This document shows, one piece after another, positions 1 to 5,068 of a DNA stretch of 5,068 nt; within the stretch, counting starts at the first letter, position 1, and each line of letters starts with the position of its first letter. The DNA lies in IMG/VR virus record IMGVR_UViG_2671180254_000011; one strand, given 5' to 3'. Under the pieces are notes generated by a model. The model was not told where the DNA came from, made no database searches, and was given only the letters and a program-made list of their open reading frames with translations. The position numbers and the translations under genes were made by a program. Source of the DNA: a virus (lineage: Duplodnaviria; Heunggongvirae; Uroviricota; Caudoviricetes).

Positions 1-71
1 AGGAAACAACATGTTGGGTGGAGCGGACAATCCAAATGGCGAATTACCGTCTTATATCACTGGCGCTGACA

Positions 72-300
72 ATATCAATGATTTTCTGGTGCGTACCGGG
101 TTGAGAAGCGGTGTAAGTGAACTGCAGTTGCCATGTTTTACGGCAGTGAGAGCAGAGATAGCGCTGATGTCCGGCAGTGCCTTTTGCCGTTACGTACCAC
201 CCCGTCAGTAGCTGAACAGGAGGGACAGCTGATAGAAACAGAAGCCACTGGAGCACCTCAAAAACACCATCATACACTAAATCAGTAAGTTGGCAGCATC
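72..300 (-). mobile_element. insA: IS1 left-end fragment, truncated (about the first 229 bp of IS1: terminal inverted repeat plus 5' part of insA), oriented on the minus strand
   Basis: Reverse complement of 278-300 is ggtgatgctgccaacttactgat, the IS1 left inverted repeat as I recall it. Reverse complement of 72-300 follows the IS1 left end through the insA region; the ORF-track fragment [37 protein letters not shown] matches InsA. Similarity to IS1 stops abruptly below position 72. There appears to be a 1-nt insertion relative to the IS1 I recall near 165-190, shifting the insA N-terminus out of frame. Confidence 0.85.
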
Positions 301-410
301 ACCGAAGTGGTAAAGAAGATAATAAAGAATAATATTTAGGGTTATAGGTCTTAGCCCATTTTAAATGGAAGGCAGACATGCAGCCATGCATACTTCGCAT
401 GGCAACATAA

Positions 411-752
411 TTATTTAGACAAACTATCTAATTTTTGCGTCGCTTTTTGTGTTAGGTCGCTGTAACTGATAAACCCTACGTTAGCACCTACAATTAACAC
501 TAAGAACACTAAGCTGCATATGGATAGAGTGGCAGATTTATGCTTATGGAAAACAAAATATGCTACTATTGCACTTAATATGAAGGAAATGAATAGAAAT
601 ATAGATGTTGATGTTTTTAGATATTTTTCAGGAAATAATGGGTGAGCAATAATGTATACAAGATTAAGTAGTATATAAATTGCTACCGGAATGAAAATCA
701 TGCTCCAGTGTGTATCTTTTTTGGGAGGGATTGGCTGCAAATAATCAGACAC
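411..752 (-). CDS. hypothetical small integral membrane protein (113 aa, three predicted transmembrane segments); function unknown
   Basis: 114-codon open frame in very AT-rich DNA, where stop codons are frequent by chance. Three hydrophobic stretches: WSMIFIPVAIYILLNLVYIIAHPLF, SIFLFISFILSAIVAYFVF, LSICSLVFLVLIVGANVGFI. Same strand as, and 82 bp downstream of, the 835-1212 ORF. Start is ambiguous: GTG at 752 or in-frame ATG at 701, neither with a strong Shine-Dalgarno. Confidence 0.55.
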   Translation of the reverse strand: MSDYLQPIPPKKDTHWSMIFIPVAIYILLNLVYIIAHPLFPEKYLKTSTSIFLFISFILSAIVAYFVFHKHKSATLSICSLVFLVLIVGANVGFISYSDLTQKATQKLDSLSK

Positions 753-834
753 CGTTTTTCCATCAGTTTCAAGAAGAATTACTAGATCTCTTACTTCACC
801 ACTGACTTGAGTGCATCCTTAGTAGTAATGTTAA

Positions 835-1212
835 TCATTTTTTCCCTCCAAATACGATGCCCTCTACGTCTTTGGAAGCTTTTTGTGATGACCACTCCTC
901 TGAATCAGGTGATTTAATTAAAAATATTGTATCTCCATCAAAAATCGTATTTGTTCCGTAAAAATTCACATTTGATAGATCACCACCAAAAACCCTCTGC
1001 CCACTCGAGGTAATTGCCTCACCTAATTTAGTAAAATTACCAGCAATAGATGATTTTCTTTTTCCACTTCTATTCAAAGTGGCTTTAATTACACCACCAC
1101 CATCCTTAGAGTTAAATAATTGAATGTCCACTCCAGCAGTTGGTTGTATATATTTTGAAAGCTCTTTCTTGAACTTGTTAATATATTTATCTTTGTTTTC
1201 TTTGTTGGTCAT
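835..1212 (-). CDS. hypothetical soluble protein (125 aa), lysine-rich N-terminus, glycine-rich core; function unknown
   Basis: 126-codon open frame in AT-rich DNA. No hydrophobic signal peptide or transmembrane segment. First gene of an apparent two-gene minus-strand unit. I do not recognise the sequence (MTNKENKDKYINKFKKELSKY...GIVFGGKK). Confidence 0.55.
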   Translation of the reverse strand: MTNKENKDKYINKFKKELSKYIQPTAGVDIQLFNSKDGGGVIKATLNRSGKRKSSIAGNFTKLGEAITSSGQRVFGGDLSNVNFYGTNTIFDGDTIFLIKSPDSEEWSSQKASKDVEGIVFGGKK

Positions 1213-1299
1213 TGGTTAGATCCATAGTTCTGGCTGTGATTAGGTGAAAGTATACAAGGTTTTTAAAGCGAAGATCACTGTTTTGGCTTCAAGATAGTT

Positions 1300-1328
1300 T
1301 TGATTTATCGTAATCAATCCGCCATAAT
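1300..1328 (+). promoter_or_regulatory. candidate sigma70 promoter for the plus-strand nin-region chain
   Basis: TTGATT (1300-1305), 17-nt spacer, CATAAT (1323-1328). Sits at the AT-rich/backbone composition boundary, about 55 nt upstream of the small ORF and about 150 nt upstream of ybcN. Confidence 0.4.
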
Positions 1329-1365
1329 CCTCTCATCGGAGCCTGAACAACTCCGGTGACTTCTG

Positions 1366-1389
1366 CGCATTTAAGGGGACTTAAATGCG
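1366..1389 (+). promoter_or_regulatory. perfect 10-bp inverted repeat with 4-nt loop (cgcatttaag-ggga-cttaaatgcg) overlapping the ribosome-binding site and ATG of the small ORF
   Basis: Arms 1366-1375 and 1380-1389 are exact reverse complements. The loop GGGA is part of the AAGGGGA Shine-Dalgarno-like element, and the ATG at 1385-1387 lies in the 3' arm. No U-tract follows on either strand, so it is not a typical intrinsic terminator. Confidence 0.35.
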
Positions 1390-1480
1390 ACCACAATCTG
1401 AACTCATCACCTTGTCACAGATGCAGAAATGCACCTGCGATTTTCTGCATTCTGCGGTTTCCGTTAGGGAGGCCGTATGA
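1385..1480 (+). CDS. small ORF (31 aa, MRPQSELITLSQMQKCTCDFLHSAVSVREAV), positionally equivalent to the small ylcH-type gene preceding ybcN in DLP12-like prophages
   Basis: ATG at 1385 preceded by AAGGGGA with 5-nt spacing. Its stop TGA (1478-1480) overlaps the ybcN ATG (1477-1479) as ATGA, suggesting translational coupling. Below the ORF-track length cutoff; identity not verified. Confidence 0.3.
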   Translation: MRPQSELITLSQMQKCTCDFLHSAVSVREAV

Positions 1481-1932
1481 CTCTGCCAGTAGACGGCATC
1501 AAACTCCATCGCGGTAACTTCGCGGCCATCGGCCAGCAGATTCAGCCATTGCTGGATGCCGGGCAATGCTTACGCCTGCAGGTTAAGCCGTGGCGCGAGA
1601 AGCGCAGCCTGTCGCAGAACGCGCTCAGCCACATGTGGTACACGGAGATCAGCGAATATCTCATCGCCCGCGGCAAGACCTTCGCTACGCCTGAGTGGGT
1701 CAAAGACGCGATGAAGCACACCTATCTCGGCTACGAAAGCAAAGACCGTGTAGATGTCGTGTCCGGCGAGGTCACCACCGTCCAATCCCTCCGCCATACG
1801 TCAGAGCTGGAAACCGGCGAGATGTACATCTTCCTGTGCAAAGTCGAAGCCTGGGCGATGAATATCGGCTGCCACCTGACAATTCCGCAGAGCTGTGAAT
1901 ACCAGCAGCTGCGCGATAAGCAGGAGGCGTAA
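1477..1932 (+). CDS. ybcN: NinB/Orf-family recombination mediator (DLP12 YbcN-like, 151 aa)
   Basis: 151-aa ORF with AGGGAGG Shine-Dalgarno 4 nt upstream. The segment RSLSQNALSHMWYTEI resembles the conserved RSL-QN region of lambda NinB/Orf. Length and gene order (before ninE, ybcO, rusA) match the DLP12 nin region as I recall it. Confidence 0.8.
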   Translation: MTLPVDGIKLHRGNFAAIGQQIQPLLDAGQCLRLQVKPWREKRSLSQNALSHMWYTEISEYLIARGKTFATPEWVKDAMKHTYLGYESKDRVDVVSGEVTTVQSLRHTSELETGEMYIFLCKVEAWAMNIGCHLTIPQSCEYQQLRDKQEA

Positions 1933-2102
1933 TGGCTACACCGCTTATTCGTGTCATGAACGGGCACATCTACAGAGTATCAAATCGTCGTAAGCGTAAG
2001 CCTGAGCTGAAGCCATCCGAAATACCAACACTGCTCGGATATACCGCTAGCCTGGTTGATAAAAAATGGTTGCGACTGGCAGCAAGGAGGAATCATGGCT
2101 GA
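1932..2102 (+). CDS. ninE: NinE-family protein (56 aa)
   Basis: Manual translation from ATG 1932: MATPLIRVMNGHIYRVSNRRKRKPELKPSEIPTLLGYTASLVDKKWLRLAARRNHG, stop TGA 2100-2102. AGGAGG 4 nt upstream. Start overlaps the ybcN stop (TAATG). Matches DLP12 NinE in length and basic character. Absent from the ORF track only because of size. Confidence 0.75.
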   Translation: MATPLIRVMNGHIYRVSNRRKRKPELKPSEIPTLLGYTASLVDKKWLRLAARRNHG

Positions 2103-2158
2103 TTTGAGAAAAGCAGCGCGTGGTCGGGAATGCCAGGTAAGAATCCCTGGCGTATGTA
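2095..2158 (+). CDS. ybcO: YbcO (DUF1364-type putative nuclease), 5' portion only; remainder lies in the N gap
   Basis: ATG at 2095 with AGGAGG 4 nt upstream. Translation MADLRKAARGRECQVRIPGVC matches the N-terminus of DLP12 YbcO as I recall it. Overlaps the ninE 3' end by 8 nt. If the gap length were exact the frame would end at 2379 (TLASEQ stop), but this is unverifiable. Confidence 0.7.
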
Positions 2159-2356
2159 NNNNNNNNNNNNNNNNNNNNNNNNNNNNNNNNNNNNNNNNNN
2201 NNNNNNNNNNNNNNNNNNNNNNNNNNNNNNNNNNNNNNNNNNNNNNNNNNNNNNNNNNNNNNNNNNNNNNNNNNNNNNNNNNNNNNNNNNNNNNNNNNNN
2301 NNNNNNNNNNNNNNNNNNNNNNNNNNNNNNNNNNNNNNNNNNNNNNNNNNNNNNNN
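2159..2356. other. run of 198 N (assembly gap or masked sequence)
   Basis: Uninterrupted N characters, seen directly. The run falls inside ybcO and removes the first 7 codons or so of rusA. Confidence 0.99.
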
Positions 2357-2698
2357 TTACCCTGGCCTCCGAGCAATAACCGCTATTACCGCCATAATCG
2401 CGGGCGCACACACATCAGCGCAGAAGGGCAGGCATACCGCGATAACGTCACCCGAATCATTAAAAACGCAATGCTGGATATCGGCCTGGCTATGCCAGTG
2501 AAAATCCGTATTGAGTGCCACATGCCGGATCGCCGTCGCCGTGACCTGGATAATCTGCAAAAAGCCGCTTTTGACGCACTCACCAAAGCAGGTTTCTGGC
2601 TGGATGATGCTCAGGTCGTTGATTACCGCGTTGTGAAGATGCCTGTTACCAAAGGTGGGAGGCTGGAACTGACCATCACCGAAATGGGGAATGAATGA
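2357..2698 (+). CDS. rusA: RusA Holliday-junction resolvase, 5'-truncated by the gap (113 of about 120 codons visible)
   Basis: Frame beginning at 2357 translates [30 protein letters not shown]...[14 protein letters not shown] then stop at 2696-2698. This matches my recollection of E. coli RusA from residue 8 onward almost exactly. Confidence 0.88.
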   Translation, partial: LPWPPSNNRYYRHNRGRTHISAEGQAYRDNVTRIIKNAMLDIGLAMPVKIRIECHMPDRRRRDLDNLQKAAFDALTKAGFWLDDAQVVDYRVVKMPVTKGGRLELTITEMGNE

Positions 2699-2835
2699 TG
2701 TTTGAGTTTTATATGGCAGAACTTCTTCGCCACCGCTGGGGGCATCTGCGCTTATATCGTTTCCCCGGTTCTGTTTTGACCGATTACCGAATACTGAAGA
2801 ATTACGCCAAAACCCTGACAGGAGCAGGAGTATGA
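2698..2835 (+). CDS. ylcG: YlcG-like small protein (45 aa)
   Basis: Manual translation from ATG 2698: [45 protein letters not shown], stop 2833-2835. Start overlaps the rusA stop (TGATG). Matches DLP12 YlcG as recalled. Confidence 0.7.
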   Translation: MFEFYMAELLRHRWGHLRLYRFPGSVLTDYRILKNYAKTLTGAGV

Positions 2836-2920
2836 AGTCAGAGATAACAATCAACTAATACTGTTTTGTTGATTTTTGCTTGTAATTGGCGTTCTGGTCT
2901 GATTTTTGTGGAGTAAGTTG

Positions 2921-3304
2921 ATGCGTGATATTCAGATGGTTCTTGAGCGTTGGGGAGCGTGGGCGGCTAATAATCATGAAGATGTGACCTGGTCGTCCAT
3001 TGCCGCCGGTTTTAAGGGATTAATTACTTCAAAAGTAAAATCTCGCCCGCAATGTTGTGACGATGACGCGATGATTATTTGCGGGTGCATGGCCCGTCTG
3101 AAAAAGAACAACAGCGATTTGCACGATTTATTAGTAGATTATTATGTAGTCGGTATGACATTCATGTCACTGGCAGGTAAGCATTGCTGCTCTGATGGTT
3201 ATATCGGGAAAAGGTTACAGAAGGCTGAGGGCATAATTGAAGGGATGTTAATGGCATTAGATATCCGGTTAGAGATGGATATCGTTGTTAATAACTCTAA
3301 TTAA
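2921..3304 (+). CDS. quuD: Q-family late-gene antiterminator (phage 82 / DLP12 QuuD type, 127 aa)
   Basis: ATG at 2921 with GGAG 7 nt upstream. [33 protein letters not shown]...DIVVNNSN matches QuuD as I recall it. The ORF-track start at 2906 is a TTG-initiated upstream extension that I do not favour. Confidence 0.85.
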   Translation: MRDIQMVLERWGAWAANNHEDVTWSSIAAGFKGLITSKVKSRPQCCDDDAMIICGCMARLKKNNSDLHDLLVDYYVVGMTFMSLAGKHCCSDGYIGKRLQKAEGIIEGMLMALDIRLEMDIVVNNSN

Positions 3305-3319
3305 TATGCCAATTGTTTA

Positions 3320-3355
3320 CTAAAAATTATTAAAAATGGGGCGTTGCAACGCCCC
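3320..3355 (-). terminator. candidate rho-independent terminator for minus-strand (porin) transcripts
   Basis: GC-rich perfect palindrome ggggcgttgcaacgcccc (3338-3355). On the minus strand it is followed by the T-rich tract atttttaataattttta; on the plus strand it is followed by A-rich sequence, so it looks unidirectional. Confidence 0.5.
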
Positions 3356-3443
3356 CAAAAATAAAGGGTAATATATAACAGAAGGTTTATATAGTTAGAA
3401 GCAAGGTTGTGCTCCTAAAGGAAGTGGCTTGAGGGAGCCACTT

Positions 3444-3482
3444 ATATGTTGGGGAGGCAAAGCCTCCCGCAACATATCTTTT
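3444..3482 (+). terminator. candidate rho-independent terminator for plus-strand transcripts leaving the quuD region (tR'-like position)
   Basis: Arms atatgttggggaggc (3444-3458) and gcctcccgcaacatat (3462-3477) pair with one bulged C around an aaa loop, followed by cttttagt. Lies 11 bp from the porin stop codon. Confidence 0.45.
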
Positions 3483-3492
3483 AGTAATCAAA

Positions 3493-4575
3493 TTAGAACT
3501 GGTAAACCATACCTACAGCAACGATATCATCGGTAGCAACGCCAGATGCTTTCGTGAAATCGCTCTTATCAATCAGGTTGATTTTGTAATCAACAAAAGT
3601 GGACATATTTTTGTTGAAGTAATAGGTTGCACCTACATCAATATATTCAACCAGGTCCTGATCACCCCACGCACCCAAGTCTTTTCCTTTAGATTGCAGG
3701 TAAGCAACGGACGGACGCAGACCGAAGTCGAACTGATATTGTGCAACTACTTCGAAGTTTTGTGCTTTGTTGGCAATATGGTTATTACCAAAAACAGTCA
3801 TGTTCTGGGTTTCAGAATAGGTGGTAGCCAGATAGATGTTGTTCGCATCATATTTCAGACCAGCTGCCCATACTTCAGCATTTTGACCAGATGCATTCAG
3901 GCTGTTGTTACCGTAGATAACCTGATTATTAGTGCGGTCAGATTTAGCATAGGTTGCACCTACACCGAATCCTTCATACTCATAAGTAGTGGAGAAACCG
4001 AAACCATCACCATTAGCTTCAGTTACGTCAGTGCGGTCATTTTTACCCTGATACTGAGCAGCAAAGTTCAGACCATCAACCAGACCAAAGAAGTCGTTGT
4101 TACGATAAGTTGCAACACCAGTGGTGCGACCAGTCATGAACACATCTGTTTGAGTCCAAGTGTCACCACCGAATTCTGGCAGGACGTCAGTCCACGCACC
4201 GATGTCGTATGCTACACCGTAGTTACGGCCGTAATCGATGGAGCCGTAGTCACCGAATTTCAGGCCAGCGAAGGCAAGACGGGTTTTATCTTTGGAGGAA
4301 CCTTGAGATTCAGCGCGGTTGCCTTTGAATTCATATTCCCACTGACCGAAACCAGTCAGTTGATCGTTGATTTGGGTTTCACCTTTGAAGCCAAGACGGG
4401 CATAAGTAGTATCACCATCATCTGCATCATTAGAGGAGAAGTAGTGCTTAGCATTAACTTTCCCGTACAGATCCAGCTTGTTACTGTCTTTATTATAAAT
4501 TTCAGCTGCCTGAGCAGACATCGCCATCAGTACTGATGCAGCTACAGCAGAAATTGCCACTGTTAATTTTTTCAT
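3493..4575 (-). CDS. nmpC: outer-membrane general porin of the OmpC/OmpF/PhoE family, prophage-encoded NmpC/Lc type (360 aa precursor with signal peptide)
   Basis: Start assigned to ATG 4575 ([23 protein letters not shown] then [17 protein letters not shown]...), a typical signal peptide with AQA-A cleavage motif. Porin hallmarks are present: [58 protein letters not shown]-terminal VYQF. The 20-codon N-terminal extension in the ORF track (to 4635) is rejected. Confidence 0.9.
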   Translation of the reverse strand: MKKLTVAISAVAASVLMAMSAQAAEIYNKDSNKLDLYGKVNAKHYFSSNDADDGDTTYARLGFKGETQINDQLTGFGQWEYEFKGNRAESQGSSKDKTRLAFAGLKFGDYGSIDYGRNYGVAYDIGAWTDVLPEFGGDTWTQTDVFMTGRTTGVATYRNNDFFGLVDGLNFAAQYQGKNDRTDVTEANGDGFGFSTTYEYEGFGVGATYAKSDRTNNQVIYGNNSLNASGQNAEVWAAGLKYDANNIYLATTYSETQNMTVFGNNHIANKAQNFEVVAQYQFDFGLRPSVAYLQSKGKDLGAWGDQDLVEYIDVGATYYFNKNMSTFVDYKINLIDKSDFTKASGVATDDIVAVGMVYQF

Positions 4576-4854
4576 CGTGAGCCCTTTTTTTGAACTATTA
4601 TTAAAAAATGATGTCATTGCGCGATAAATATTCATCTAATCAATGTGATTATTTCAAGATGTAAGTTTTGGTTTCTCGTTTGATTTGTGAAGTAGATCTC
4701 TATTTTTATCTGAACTTTTTTCTATCGAATCCTATTCATGGCTCTTGACTGAATAAAAATAAATCTATTAGCCAATTTATATTAACGGCTGTTATTTATA
4801 AGTGCTCTATAATTTGAAGGTTCAATTTAAACCGGCTAAAAATAACACTGGAAA

Positions 4855-4876
4855 TTATTTGTTGGTTATTTGTTGG
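4855..4876. repeat. 11-bp tandem direct repeat (ttatttgttgg x2)
   Basis: Exact adjacent copies at 4855-4865 and 4866-4876, in the AT-rich region about 280 bp upstream of the porin start. Confidence 0.5.
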
Positions 4877-4965
4877 GATTTGCTTATGTATTTGTAGTGG
4901 TGTTTTCAATACTCGGTAGCATTCTCGCAAATATCATTTAGTGGTTTACGTACGTAAAAAATTGG

Positions 4966-5068
4966 GGTAATGACTCCAACTTATTGATAGTGTTTTATGT
5001 TCAGATAATGCCCGATGACTTTGTCATGCAGCTCCACCGATTTTGAGAACGACAGCGACTTCCGTCCC
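4966..5068 (-). mobile_element. IS1 right end (right inverted repeat and adjacent 3' region), element continuing beyond the window end
   Basis: 4966-4988 reads ggtaatgactccaacttattgat, the IS1 right inverted repeat as recalled. The following about 80 nt (gtgttttatgttcagataatgcccgatgactttgtcatgcagctccaccgattttgagaacgacagcgacttccgtccc) match the complement of the IS1 3' region, so the IS1 body including insAB lies to the right on the minus strand. Confidence 0.9.

Noticed and set aside
11-277. ORFs 11-211 (plus) and 44-277 (minus) as intact genes
   Set aside because: Both lie in the truncated IS1 fragment and its junction. The minus-strand ORF is a frameshifted chimera of the insA remnant plus junction sequence, not an intact gene.
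1570-1969. Several overlapping ORFs (1570-1797 minus, 1695-1898 plus, 1731-1967 minus, 1772-1969 minus) and 1381-1566 minus
   Set aside because: All are nested within or antisense to the ybcN coding region, which has a strong ribosome-binding site and NinB-like sequence. The alternative translations are Arg/Pro-rich out-of-frame artefacts.
1980-2501. ORFs containing long runs of X (1980-2411 minus, 2047-2376 minus, 2056-2379 plus, 2130-2501 plus)
   Set aside because: They are kept open only by the N gap. The real partial genes here are ninE, ybcO (5' part) and rusA (3' part).
2357-2854. 165-aa minus-strand ORF (and the nested 2386-2586 minus-strand ORF)
   Set aside because: Antisense to rusA and ylcG, whose plus-strand translations match known proteins. 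The upstream end also runs into the N gap.
2906-2920. TTG start for the Q antiterminator as given in the ORF track
   Set aside because: The ATG at 2921 has a GGAG at proper spacing and gives the 127-aa QuuD length; the TTG extension adds five residues with no support.
3694-4536. 280-aa plus-strand ORF
   Set aside because: Lies entirely antisense to the well-supported porin gene; the translation is low-complexity with no start context. It is most likely a by-product of the porin's codon bias.
4576-4635. 20-codon N-terminal extension of the porin ORF ([20 protein letters not shown])
   Set aside because: The downstream ATG at 4575 begins a canonical signal peptide ([23 protein letters not shown]) and has a Shine-Dalgarno-like AAGGG upstream. 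The extension is just open frame running into the promoter region.
1-5068. CRISPR arrays, tRNA or rRNA genes
   Set aside because: No regularly spaced direct repeats and no cloverleaf-like or rRNA-like sequence were seen. The only repeat structures are the IS1 ends, the hairpins and one 11-bp tandem duplication.

Overview
This window reads as a segment of a defective lambdoid (DLP12-like) prophage from an E. coli-like enterobacterium, bracketed by IS1 sequences. All identifications rest on reading the translations and on recalled sequences of known proteins and of IS1; no database search was run. From left to right: a truncated IS1 left-end fragment (72-300); a markedly AT-rich two-gene cassette on the minus strand (411-1212) encoding a 125-aa soluble protein and a 113-aa protein with three hydrophobic segments, neither of which I recognise; then the prophage nin-region chain on the plus strand (small ylcH-like ORF, ybcN NinB/Orf-family, ninE, ybcO, rusA, ylcG) and the Q antiterminator quuD; an intergenic region with hairpin terminators; a convergent, apparently intact nmpC/Lc-type porin gene (3493-4575, minus); and the right end of a second IS1 (4966 to window end). 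A 198-nt run of N (2159-2356) hides the 3' end of ybcO and the 5' end of rusA. The AT-rich cassette is the best candidate for an undescribed accessory system (possibly phage defence, superinfection exclusion or toxin/immunity), but its function cannot be established from sequence alone.
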